NCBI GenBank assembly: GCA_963663385.2 | Contig: CAXXXD010000003.1 | Location: 448,001 to 512,000 of the forward strand | From: Oceanispirochaeta sp. | Lineage (GTDB): Bacteria; Spirochaetota; Spirochaetia; DSM-2461 | Reading direction: 5' to 3' | DNA length: 64,000 nt | Part shown: piece by piece, positions 8,801-18,189 of the stretch | Layout: each line of letters begins with the position of its first letter | Numbering within the stretch: position 1 is the stretch's first letter | Notes under the pieces: model-generated | Seen by the model: only the letters and a program-made list of their open reading frames with translations | What the model was told of the DNA's origin: nothing | The model's database searches: none | Position numbers and translations under genes: made by a program

Positions 8801-9838
8801 TCAGAACCGGTGCGAATAGGAGAGGGCGATCCGCTCCAGTTTGGCATAGGTTGAATCATAATCCCGGGTTAGAAAATAGTTATTGTGGATGGTTTCATCC
8901 GTATAGCGTTTTTGGGTTTTCATCTGTACAAGAACGGTCAGGTTATCACTATTACTCAATGCCAGATTTATCAGGGGGCCAAAGGTGATTTCCACAAAGT
9001 CGGAACCCCATCCGCCGCCGGTCCCCATGGGAGACAAGTCTGCCGTTTCTCCAAGGTATTGCTCTGTCTCCACCATAAACCCGGCGAGATTCATTTTCAG
9101 GGGCATCTGGTAACCCAGTACATAACTTCCCAGGTACTGGAATCCGTTGAAATTTTCTCCGGCATCAGCCTTGTACAGCCAGGGCTCCTCTTTCCCGGCA
9201 GCAGAAAAATTCCTGTAACGGAACTGGGCTGTTGCCACGGTTACAAGATGATTCCATTCTCCCGGCAGAACCGCCGCCAGATCAAACTGAAAAATCCCGC
9301 TCAACCAGAGGGATGAAACGATACCCTGAAACGGATCCGTATCGGCTATCCCGCTCCCGTCATTGTTTATTCCCAGTCCGTTGAACCCCAGGGTCCACCC
9401 GGTCCCCGCAGAAGCGCCGGTTTCAAATTTTAAAAAGGCTATGGGGGTCAGTACGGCCTTTATCTCCCCTTCCAGAATAACAGGAGCCAGGTTTGTTTTA
9501 AAACTGACGGCCAGATTATTGTCTTTTGTCAGGGGAGGCTCCCCTGTCGGAAAGGGGAATATGATCCGGTGTTCCAGGGATAGCAGCAGCTTGGCGCCGC
9601 CCCAGCCGTTTCCAAGATTCCGGCCTTCATCTTCGCCCCGGGGATAATCCTCTTCGGGACAATCTATGGGGGAGTAGGAGGGCCAGATCCATCCGGCGGA
9701 AGAATCGCCCCCCTTATTATCATCAAAATAGCAGGCTGACTGAACGGTTATGGAAGTCTTATGCTGTGTTCCGCTTTCTGCGAACAGGGGTATTATCAGA
9801 AAAGTAAATATTGGGGACAGGAAAAATACTCGTTTCAC
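8801..9838 (-). CDS. Exported protein, candidate outer-membrane beta-barrel
   Basis: Signal peptide (..PLFA-ES), aromatic/Gly-rich amphipathic strands, ends in ALSYSHRF. Confidence 0.55.
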   Translation of the reverse strand: MKRVFFLSPIFTFLIIPLFAESGTQHKTSITVQSACYFDDNKGGDSSAGWIWPSYSPIDCPEEDYPRGEDEGRNLGNGWGGAKLLLSLEHRIIFPFPTGEPPLTKDNNLAVSFKTNLAPVILEGEIKAVLTPIAFLKFETGASAGTGWTLGFNGLGINNDGSGIADTDPFQGIVSSLWLSGIFQFDLAAVLPGEWNHLVTVATAQFRYRNFSAAGKEEPWLYKADAGENFNGFQYLGSYVLGYQMPLKMNLAGFMVETEQYLGETADLSPMGTGGGWGSDFVEITFGPLINLALSNSDNLTVLVQMKTQKRYTDETIHNNYFLTRDYDSTYAKLERIALSYSHRF

Positions 9839-10002
9839 TTCTTGCTCCTTCTGGCCTATAATAAAAATAAACTTAATCGTTCATCAGGTATACAACTTAT
9901 CTTCAAATTCATCTGCTATTTATTGTTACGCCTGGTACTATTAGGGGTTATTAAGAAAAAAGCTGAAAAAACATCAATATGAAGCTTAACAAGGATATAT
10001 AA

Positions 10003-11094
10003 ATGCAGTTTGAACCTCCGGATGACAGGATTACAGATAATACAGGCAGTACGGAACAGTTGAATGATCTGGTCAAACTCTCTTTTTTCACAAACATAGG
10101 CAAAGCAATCAGTTCTGCAAAAACGGTCAGACAAACCCTTGATGCTGTAATGGAGCAGGTCGGTATTATATTTGCCCCCACATACTGGTCTCTCCTCCTC
10201 AGGAATCCCCGGACAGGCGATCTGACTTTCTCAATCGTTGTCGGGAGCGGTGTGGATAAATTGAAAGGTGTAACAATACCCAGGGGACAGGGAATCGCAG
10301 GCTGGATAGCAGAAGAGGGGAAGTCTCTGATAATTGAAGATGTCAGCAAGGATTCCCGCTTCTCTCCCGAGATGGATAAAATGAACAGTTTTAAAACGGA
10401 GTCCATAATAGGGGTCCCCCTTATGAACGGCCATAAGGTATTCGGGGTTATCGAGCTGATAAATAAGCTGGACGGGCAGCCGTTTACATCGCTGGAACTG
10501 AACCTGTTAAAGACAATTGCCGATTTTGCCGCAATTGCCATTGAAAAGGCCTACTATCTAAGGGCGCTTAAAAAGATTGCAACGGTGGATCCGTTGACCG
10601 GTTTAAACAACCGGCGTGCCTTTATGGGGTATTACAAAAAAGAGGCCGTCCGGTGCAAAAGGAATAATCATCCGTTTTCCATTATGATGATTGATCTGGA
10701 CGGTTTCAAAAAGATTAATGATCAGTATGGGCATCAGGCGGGGGATGACGCTCTGAAAAGGGTGGCCGGTCTTTTAACGGATAATTTACGGGCTTCCGAT
10801 TTTGCTTCCCGCTATGGAGGGGATGAGTTTGCCATTCTGCTACCAGAGACAAACCGGGCCGAAGCTGAGAATCTGAAAGAACGTATTCAAAAGGAGCTGG
10901 GGAAGCAGAATAAGGTTCAGGATATTCGGGTGGAGTTGAGCATCGGGATTCAGGAATCCGACGGGAGCTGTTTCAACGATCTTATGAGCAGGGCTGATAC
11001 AGAGATGTATCAGGAAAAAAGTCTGAAGAATGAGATGAATATTTCCGATATGGCTGAAAATCTGCAGAGCCTGATGGAGGATGCGGCGGAGTAA
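10003..11094 (+). CDS. GAF-domain diguanylate cyclase
   Basis: GAF (GQGIAGW..DSRF..GVIELINK), DPLTGLNNRR, RASD-x5-GGDEF. Confidence 0.95.
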   Translation: MQFEPPDDRITDNTGSTEQLNDLVKLSFFTNIGKAISSAKTVRQTLDAVMEQVGIIFAPTYWSLLLRNPRTGDLTFSIVVGSGVDKLKGVTIPRGQGIAGWIAEEGKSLIIEDVSKDSRFSPEMDKMNSFKTESIIGVPLMNGHKVFGVIELINKLDGQPFTSLELNLLKTIADFAAIAIEKAYYLRALKKIATVDPLTGLNNRRAFMGYYKKEAVRCKRNNHPFSIMMIDLDGFKKINDQYGHQAGDDALKRVAGLLTDNLRASDFASRYGGDEFAILLPETNRAEAENLKERIQKELGKQNKVQDIRVELSIGIQESDGSCFNDLMSRADTEMYQEKSLKNEMNISDMAENLQSLMEDAAE

Positions 11095-11184
11095 GCCTTC
11101 CGGTTATTTCGCGGAGACAGGGAATTCTATTTTTATATAAGAGTAATTATGTCATAAATGGAGGGGATGCTGTATACTTAAGGC

Positions 11185-11823
11185 ATGAATCGATGCACCT
11201 GTACCTGCGGAAAGACAAAAACCAGTGTCATCTACGACTACTACGTACCCCGTTTAAGTGATGGGGAAAAGGATCATGAGAAACTGGGTTGGGAGAGCCG
11301 GGAAGCCCAATACCGCCGTTTCGATATCCTCCTGGATAATACGGCATTTCCCGGAATGTCTGTACTGGATGTCGGGTGCGGACTGGGGAATCTGCTGGAT
11401 GCCTTTCAGGAAATTAATATCCCTGTTGAATACAGCGGTATTGATTTAATCCCCCATATGGTTGAACAGGCCCGGGAGCGATACCCCGATGCCCGGTGGT
11501 TCTGTTGTGATATCTTCAGTCATTCTCCCTTCCGGGAGAAAGAGTTTGATGTCGTCTATGCTTCTGGAATATTCAATATTAATCTTGGAAACAATATGGG
11601 GTTTCTGATGAGAGCTTTGAACCTTTTCTTTTCCCTGTCAAAAAAGTATGTTGTATTTAACCTTCTCAGCGATCATTCCAGGAATCAGGAAGAGGGGTAC
11701 TTCTATTACAACGGGGAGAGGGTGAGGCAGTCCATCTCCCGGCAGTTCCATCTGGAAGAGAACCGGATTCATATTATCAGCGATTACCTTGATAACGATT
11801 TTACCGTCATATTGGAGGCATAA
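11185..11823 (+). CDS. Class I SAM-dependent methyltransferase
   Basis: VLDVGCGLG, YSGID, DVVYASGIFN. Confidence 0.9.
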   Translation: MNRCTCTCGKTKTSVIYDYYVPRLSDGEKDHEKLGWESREAQYRRFDILLDNTAFPGMSVLDVGCGLGNLLDAFQEINIPVEYSGIDLIPHMVEQARERYPDARWFCCDIFSHSPFREKEFDVVYASGIFNINLGNNMGFLMRALNLFFSLSKKYVVFNLLSDHSRNQEEGYFYYNGERVRQSISRQFHLEENRIHIISDYLDNDFTVILEA

Positions 11824-11862
11824 GGTTCCTTTCAGTTATTTCTCTTTATGCATAATTTATAC

Positions 11863-11919
11863 TTGACAGTTAACGCTATTAATTATATTAACAATGTTAA
11901 TAATATTAACACTATTAAT
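11863..11919 (+). promoter_or_regulatory. tetR promoter with three tandem palindromic operators
   Basis: TTGACA at 11863; GTTAACGCTATTAAT, ATTAACAATGTTAAT and ATTAACACTATTAAT at an 18-bp period. Confidence 0.7.
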
Positions 11920-11933
11920 ATGTGAGGAATAGG

Positions 11934-12536
11934 ATGAGTAAAAATAAAAAAATGGAAGAGAGAACCCGTGCTCTGTTTGTAGAAGCTGCCAAGGAAATCC
12001 TTATGGGGGAGGGAATCAGCTGTATAAGCGCAAGGAATGTCGCCGAACGGGCCGGATACTCCTATGCAACCCTGTACAATTATTTCAGGGATATGGGCGA
12101 CCTGGTTATTGTCTGCCTTGATGAATTTTCCGTTGATACGCTCAGGTTTGTGGAAAAAGATACTGAAATGGCCCACAGAATCAACCCTGTGAACGGTATA
12201 AAGGTAAAACTGAATTCCCTGGTTAAGTATTTTATCCAGTACCCGGGAATCTATGATCTTTTTTATCTGGAAAAAATCGGAACATCGAAGAACAGGGCGC
12301 AGAGCAGTTCTACCGTCACCTCTCTGGTCGGGAGACTGATTGAAAAAGAGTGGGAGGAATTCTGTTCGAATGAAAATCTGGAACAACGGGAAATAAACCT
12401 GCGGAAAGATCAGCTGCTGTTTGTATTTTCAGGACTGATGCTTCTCTATCAGAACAGGAACTACCCGGGAGGTTATGCTGAACTGACAGAGAAGCTGGAC
12501 GAGCAGATTGATCTTGTTATGAATCAGGCTGTATAG
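11934..12536 (+). CDS. TetR/AcrR family regulator
   Basis: SARNVAERAGYSYATLYNYF HTH; GAGGA SD before ATG 11934. Confidence 0.9.
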   Translation: MSKNKKMEERTRALFVEAAKEILMGEGISCISARNVAERAGYSYATLYNYFRDMGDLVIVCLDEFSVDTLRFVEKDTEMAHRINPVNGIKVKLNSLVKYFIQYPGIYDLFYLEKIGTSKNRAQSSSTVTSLVGRLIEKEWEEFCSNENLEQREINLRKDQLLFVFSGLMLLYQNRNYPGGYAELTEKLDEQIDLVMNQAV

Positions 12537-13147
12537 TTTCTAACCGGTTTTCCCTGACCGCTTGGATGGAAAATTTCTGTCAGTCTATAATGCCCCTCTG
12601 TCAGAGTAAAGTGCATCAGGGTACCGGGAAAGAGATGAGGATCGTCCCAGAGGTTCTTCAGTTCCCTCTTCTCCAGTATTTTCAGCAGCATTTTAATAAT
12701 AACGGTATGTGTCACGAACAGGATCGGTCCTTCCTGATCCCGGATTTCATCCAGAAGACTGGAGGCCCTTTTTTCCAGGGATTCAAAGGTTTCCGCTCCT
12801 TCCAGATCGAAATTATCGGGATCTTCCCAGAAAATCTTCTGCTGGTCCTGATGATGCTCCGGTACCTGATCATGGGTTTTTCCCTGGAGAACACCCAGGT
12901 GAAATTCCATAAGCCTGTCGTCAAAATCCACTATAACTGTTTCAGGAGACAGCAGTTCGAGGGTTTGCCGGCAGCGTCCGAGGGGGCTGCAGTATACCCG
13001 GGAAAAGGATAAATCCCTCAAAAGTCCTTTCTGCTCTTCTATTTTGGAGCGCCCTTTTTCCGTCAGGGGAGAGTCAAGCTGTCCCTGATAGCGCCTTTGT
13101 GTATTCCATTCCGTTTCGCCGTGGCGAATAACATATAAATCTTTCAT
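12524..13147 (-). CDS. Histidine phosphatase family protein
   Basis: RHGETEWN, SPLGRC, VTH. Confidence 0.92.
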   Translation of the reverse strand: MKDLYVIRHGETEWNTQRRYQGQLDSPLTEKGRSKIEEQKGLLRDLSFSRVYCSPLGRCRQTLELLSPETVIVDFDDRLMEFHLGVLQGKTHDQVPEHHQDQQKIFWEDPDNFDLEGAETFESLEKRASSLLDEIRDQEGPILFVTHTVIIKMLLKILEKRELKNLWDDPHLFPGTLMHFTLTEGHYRLTEIFHPSGQGKPVRNYTA

Positions 13148-13238
13148 TTCCCGTATATCCTATCACAGGGGCGGGAAAATATCAGGGGGGAGATATTTTT
13201 TTGTGGTAAGACCATAAACTCTGCCCCTATAATAAGGT

Positions 13239-14363
13239 ATGAGTATACGTATATTTTCAGGACTCTACCCGGTACAACCCGGAATGGAGAAAGCCTATCA
13301 GGCGGAACGGAACAGCTATAATTCCCAGCAGATAAAATATGGCGGTCTTATAGCCATATTTATTTCCCTGGTGCTGATGCTCCGGTATTTATTAAGTGGA
13401 GGAGACTCAAAGGAAGGATTTATCTCTCTTCTCTACCCTTTCCTACTGGCCGGGATTGTGGTAAACGCCCTTATATATTATACCTTCAACAGAACTTTTC
13501 GAAAAAGGCTCAGCCTCTCTTCCTACAGTTCTTTTCAGCTGATCCTCATTACTATGTTCTTCTTTTTTCTGACAGGTTTATCGATAATCGGTGTTCTGCT
13601 CTCTGGAGGATTGAATGTCTACCTGATTCTGGTTCTTTTTATCAGTCTAGTAATCTGGATGAAATCCTCACAGTACTGTCTTTTTTCAATTCTCTCCTTT
13701 CTGCTTATTCTCTTTTTTATGTATATAGGAGCCGGGAGTAGGGAACAACTGATAAGCAGTGTCATTCAGGGTTTTTTTTATTTTACTGTGGGATGGTTTC
13801 TCTATTTAAGCATGACTTCTCTTCTGATGGAGAATTTTTATAATCGGGTCTCCCTCGAAGAACAGTATACGCAGCTGGCTACAGAGAGTATTACCGATCC
13901 TCTTACGGGGTTGTATAACAGACGGTCTTTGAATGATGATCTGAATAAGGAGTGGGCTTTAAGCAAACGGAAAGGGGCGCCCTTCTGTATAATGATGATT
14001 GATATCGACAATTTTCATGATATTAACGATATCTTTGGTCATACCGCAGGAGATCAGCTTATTCGGGATGTATCGGCCATACTGCGGAATGCGGTGCGGC
14101 TGTCCGATAAAGTCTACCGTTTCGGCGGGGAGGAATTCCTTATTATTGTACCGGAGACACCTCTGGATGTAGCAGCCTCAGTTTCAGAACGTATCAGAAA
14201 AAATGTAGAAAAAAACAGTTTTAAGGGTATTAATAAAACCGTTACCCTCAGCCTTGGTCTGGCTCAGAGCCAGGAGGATATAAACGTGGATATCCTTGTC
14301 AACCGGGTTGAACAGAAGCTGCTGCTTGCCAAGGAAAACGGCCGGAACCGAATAGAATACTAG
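13239..14363 (+). CDS. Membrane-bound diguanylate cyclase
   Basis: About 6 TM segments, DPLTGLYNRR, RLSD-x5-GGEEF. Confidence 0.92.
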   Translation: MSIRIFSGLYPVQPGMEKAYQAERNSYNSQQIKYGGLIAIFISLVLMLRYLLSGGDSKEGFISLLYPFLLAGIVVNALIYYTFNRTFRKRLSLSSYSSFQLILITMFFFFLTGLSIIGVLLSGGLNVYLILVLFISLVIWMKSSQYCLFSILSFLLILFFMYIGAGSREQLISSVIQGFFYFTVGWFLYLSMTSLLMENFYNRVSLEEQYTQLATESITDPLTGLYNRRSLNDDLNKEWALSKRKGAPFCIMMIDIDNFHDINDIFGHTAGDQLIRDVSAILRNAVRLSDKVYRFGGEEFLIIVPETPLDVAASVSERIRKNVEKNSFKGINKTVTLSLGLAQSQEDINVDILVNRVEQKLLLAKENGRNRIEY

Positions 14364-14382
14364 TATTCGGCCTTGGTTTCAT

Positions 14383-15756
14383 CTATTGCGGAGGGGCTGT
14401 CTTTTCCGCTCCATACCACTCTATCTTCCTGGTCAGGATCATCACCAGGCTGATCAGGAAAAAGAGTCCTGCAGAACCCATCAGCAGGGCGTAATCTTCC
14501 GATTGAAGAACAAAATACAGGAATCCATAGGAAAGGGCTGATACGGGAAAGAGAATCAATCCCGCCTTATGGGCCTGCAATACGGATACAGCATAAAAAG
14601 TCAGCATTACAGTAACCGCTGCGGAAGCACAGAAGTAGGCCCCGTTAAAGGAAATATGTTCGGAAAGAGAAAGCAGAAGCAGATAAAACATCATGTTTCC
14701 TGCTCCTGACAGAATATACTGAACAGGGTGGATACGGTGCTTCCGGATGACTTCAAACAGAAAGAAGGTCAAAAAAGGAAGCATTAAAAAGAGCAGCCTG
14801 TATTTCAGGGTTCTGTTTATTTTGTCATAGGAGGTGACAACAGGGAAAAAGCGGACCCCGAAGGCTGTCTGTCTGATATCTTCCATTGTTGCGGAATCCG
14901 GACTGGTCCAGGACTGAGGAATATTACGACTAAGGTAATTGATCTCCCATTCCGCCGTAAAGCCTGTATCGCTTAGTGTGCTTGCATGAGGCAGGTAGTA
15001 ACCATTAAAGGAGGGAGATGCCCAGTCCGAATCCAGGGAAATCTTCGTTTCTCTGGCAAGAGGAAGAAAGCTGATGGATTCTCCCCCCTGTATTTCCTGT
15101 CTGAACAGAAAGGTGCAGGCGGTATTCTGAGCTTTATCGAGTTTAACCGGTACGGATATTACACCGGGGTAGATGGACTCGCCCTGGCCGCCGGGTTGGA
15201 AAACCTGTTCTGTTCCGTTCCATAAAAAAGGGTCTATCCTTTTCATTCCCTTGAGCAGGGGATAGCTTATCTGAACCCTGATGCTGTCCCATTGGATTTC
15301 ATCCGGGTTGTATTGTGAAAGGGTTTCTTCGGGATTGAACACTCCTTTCCCTTCCAGAAGGAGAGTATATACGGGTACCGAATAGATTCCCCGGGATTTG
15401 ATTTCACTGCTTCCATGCCCTTCTATATTGAGGGAATCGGGGAGGAGGAATATGTCTTCCCTTTTCATACGGACCCCCGCAATCCTACCTTCTTCATCAA
15501 GGGCCGTTTCTTTCCACTCCCGGGGAATTACCAGCACAGGACCTCCCAGACAGACTTCTCCACCCCGAGAATTGATTATCTCATCCTGCGTTTCTATTCT
15601 GCGCCACTGTCTTTCCTGTACGGTTGTGCGGATCATCCCCATGGGAAGCTGAAAGCAGAGGAGTATCAGGCAGATAAGAGAGATTTTTAATCCGAAAGAG
15701 TGTGAACTAAGAGGGGGAACCTTTATTCGTTTCTTGTCTGTAATCGTGTTTTTCAT
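14383..15756 (-). CDS. creD: Cell envelope integrity protein CreD
   Basis: RGIYSVPVY, SDWASPSFNG, HPVQYILSG, LLLLSLSEHI, EDYALLMGS; ATG 15756 with AAGGAG SD. Confidence 0.92.
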   Translation of the reverse strand: MKNTITDKKRIKVPPLSSHSFGLKISLICLILLCFQLPMGMIRTTVQERQWRRIETQDEIINSRGGEVCLGGPVLVIPREWKETALDEEGRIAGVRMKREDIFLLPDSLNIEGHGSSEIKSRGIYSVPVYTLLLEGKGVFNPEETLSQYNPDEIQWDSIRVQISYPLLKGMKRIDPFLWNGTEQVFQPGGQGESIYPGVISVPVKLDKAQNTACTFLFRQEIQGGESISFLPLARETKISLDSDWASPSFNGYYLPHASTLSDTGFTAEWEINYLSRNIPQSWTSPDSATMEDIRQTAFGVRFFPVVTSYDKINRTLKYRLLFLMLPFLTFFLFEVIRKHRIHPVQYILSGAGNMMFYLLLLSLSEHISFNGAYFCASAAVTVMLTFYAVSVLQAHKAGLILFPVSALSYGFLYFVLQSEDYALLMGSAGLFFLISLVMILTRKIEWYGAEKTAPPQ

Positions 15757-15822
15757 GGAATTCTCCTTTGTATTATCAGGTTTTTCAGAGAATACCCCGG
15801 CAATCCGGCAGGGATGAGTCAT

Positions 15823-15842
15823 AAATATGGCGGAAATATGGC
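15823..15842 (-). promoter_or_regulatory. 11-bp-period direct repeat (GCCATATTT x2), candidate response-regulator site upstream of creD
   Basis: AAATATGGC at 15823 and 15834; TATTCT -10 at 15794-15789 on the minus strand. Confidence 0.6.
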
Positions 15843-15892
15843 AAAAGAGTCTCCAGTCTGTTAAATATACCTATCTGTGATACATTGAAAAC

Positions 15893-16582
15893 ATGGCAAG
15901 GATTGCAGTCGTAGATGATGAAGCGGGAATACGGGAAACCCTGACATACGCTTTGAAGAAAGAGGGGCATCAGGTCCTCTGTTTCAGAAACGGAGAAGAC
16001 GCCTGGAACGGATTCTGTGAAAAACCGGCGGATCTTATGATCCTGGATATTATGATGCCCCGGATGGACGGTCTGGAACTCTGCCGTAGAATCCGCAGCA
16101 GAAACGAATCCCTCCCTCTTCTGTTTTTATCCTCCCGGGACGAGGAGTTTGATCGTATCCTCGGTCTTGAGATCGGGGGAGATGACTACCTGTGCAAGCC
16201 CTTTTCAATCAGAGAGTTAATCACCCGGGTAAAAGTGCTTCTCCGTCGAACCTCTCCTGTCCGGACCACTGTATCGGAAGATATCCTCCGGCAGGGAGAA
16301 CTGCACCTTGACGACTCCCGTTACGAAGCTCTCTGGAAGGGCAAACTCCTGCCCCTGACCATCAGTGAGTATCGTATCCTGCGGGATCTATGCCATATGC
16401 CCGGAGTCGTCCGGTCCCGGGAGCAGTTGATGCAGGCGGCTTTCCCGCAGGATAGTTATGTGTCAGACAGATCCGTTGACAGCCATATAAAAAGACTCCG
16501 CCGTAAAATCAGTGCCGCAGACAGTAGTTTCGAGGGGATCGAAACAGTGTACGGACTGGGATACAGGTTCCGGGAGAGCTGA
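15893..16582 (+). CDS. OmpR-family response regulator, ChvI-like
   Basis: DD, LDIMMP, GDDYLCKPFS, DRSVDSHIKRLRRK, IETVYGLGYRF. Confidence 0.92.
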   Translation: MARIAVVDDEAGIRETLTYALKKEGHQVLCFRNGEDAWNGFCEKPADLMILDIMMPRMDGLELCRRIRSRNESLPLLFLSSRDEEFDRILGLEIGGDDYLCKPFSIRELITRVKVLLRRTSPVRTTVSEDILRQGELHLDDSRYEALWKGKLLPLTISEYRILRDLCHMPGVVRSREQLMQAAFPQDSYVSDRSVDSHIKRLRRKISAADSSFEGIETVYGLGYRFRES

Positions 16583-18189
16583 TGCGCAGTCTTACCCTCA
16601 GGCTTCTGTTCTTCAATATTCTGCTGGTGTTCTTTCCGGTGGGAGGAATGCTGATCCTCGATACCTACGAAAAGCAGCTTCTGGACGGGATGGAGCGGTC
16701 CATGGTGCAGCAGGGGCGGGTGTTAAGCGCCGCCCTGAGCGGACGGGATATTGAGAAGGAGGGACTCCGTATTCTGAAGAATCTGGAGGGCCGGCTGGAT
16801 TCCCGCATACGGATTGTGAATGCATCGGGGGAGCTCCTGGCTGATTCCAGTGACCCCCGTCTGTCCCTCTCCTCCGGGGATCAGGGGCTTTTGGGAAACG
16901 CTCCGGTTAAACGGGTCGGCTCTGCTGCAGATTACTATGAGGATATACAGGGCGCTGCCCCGGAAAGCCTGCGTGAAAAATGGCTGTATCAGATAGCCGT
17001 CTACCCTCTGAATATTCTGCGCAGCCTTCTGCTGCCACAGGCAGTTCCTCTGGGATCCGCCGAGTATTACAGTAATGCCAGAGTCCTGGACGGTCCGGAG
17101 ATTCAGGCCGCTCTGGAAGGACGATACGGTGCCTGGACCAGGTACTCTTCGGGCGGACAGCGATCGGTAAACCTCTACTCGGCCATACCTGTCCGTCAGG
17201 GTGAAAGCGTATCAGGAGCTGTCCTTGTTTCCCGTTCAACCTACAGAATCCTAACAGACCTGTACAGCCTCCGTCTGGATATGGTGCGGATATTCCTGTT
17301 TTCACTGGGAGCTGCGGCAGTTCTCTCCCTTCTGCTGGCCCGTACCATTACAATCCCCGTAAAGAAGCTTAAAATTCAGGCAGAATCTTTTCTGGTTCAC
17401 AACGGGCAGTTGAAGGGGGAATTCAAACAGCTGAAAACCCGGGATGAAATAGGCGACCTCTCCCGCTCTCTCTACTCACTCTCGGGAAAGCTTGAGGAGC
17501 ATATCAAGTTTATCAGCGGTTTTGCTTCGGATGTTTCTCATGAAATGAAGAACCCTGTGGCGGTACTCCGCAATGCGGTGGAACTGGCAGAACAGGAAAA
17601 ATGTGAGGATCAGGATCCGCTGTTTGTCCTGATGAAACAGGAAATTACCAGGATTCAGAAACTTCTGGATGATCTGAGGGATATCTCCCGTCTGGATGTA
17701 ACCCTGGAATCCGAACCAAGGCAGATCATCCCGCTGAATGATTTTCTATATAACCTGGTCGATGAGAGGAATACGGGGAATGCCGGCAGGGGAATGGTCT
17801 TCGGTTTTACAGGCTGTTCCGAAGGGAATCCACGGATCGAAATTTCGACGGAACGTCTGCATCAATGTATGGTTAATCTTCTGGATAATGCTGCCGGGTT
17901 TACACCCGTTCCGGGAGAAATCCAGGTCGAACTTCTGTATAAGGCCGGTATGGTTTTTATCCGGGTGCTTGATCAGGGACCGGGTATTCCTGCCGGGATG
18001 GAAGAGAAGATTTTTGACCGTTTCTATTCGGATAGACCGGAAGATCAGAGACGCCTCCATTCGGGGTTGGGACTGTCCATTGTCAAATACATTGTCGAGG
18101 GATACGGCGGAACCGTCCGGGCAGCCAACAGGAGAGAGGGGGGAGCCTGTTTTCAGATTGAGCTACCCGCCGGGATCACTCCTCTCTGA
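16582..18189 (+). CDS. HAMP sensor histidine kinase, ChvG/CreC-like
   Basis: 2 TM, HAMP (RDEIGDLSRS), DVSHEMKNP, NLLDNA, DQGPGI, FDRFYSDRP, SGLGLSI. Confidence 0.92.
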   Translation: MRSLTLRLLFFNILLVFFPVGGMLILDTYEKQLLDGMERSMVQQGRVLSAALSGRDIEKEGLRILKNLEGRLDSRIRIVNASGELLADSSDPRLSLSSGDQGLLGNAPVKRVGSAADYYEDIQGAAPESLREKWLYQIAVYPLNILRSLLLPQAVPLGSAEYYSNARVLDGPEIQAALEGRYGAWTRYSSGGQRSVNLYSAIPVRQGESVSGAVLVSRSTYRILTDLYSLRLDMVRIFLFSLGAAAVLSLLLARTITIPVKKLKIQAESFLVHNGQLKGEFKQLKTRDEIGDLSRSLYSLSGKLEEHIKFISGFASDVSHEMKNPVAVLRNAVELAEQEKCEDQDPLFVLMKQEITRIQKLLDDLRDISRLDVTLESEPRQIIPLNDFLYNLVDERNTGNAGRGMVFGFTGCSEGNPRIEISTERLHQCMVNLLDNAAGFTPVPGEIQVELLYKAGMVFIRVLDQGPGIPAGMEEKIFDRFYSDRPEDQRRLHSGLGLSIVKYIVEGYGGTVRAANRREGGACFQIELPAGITPL

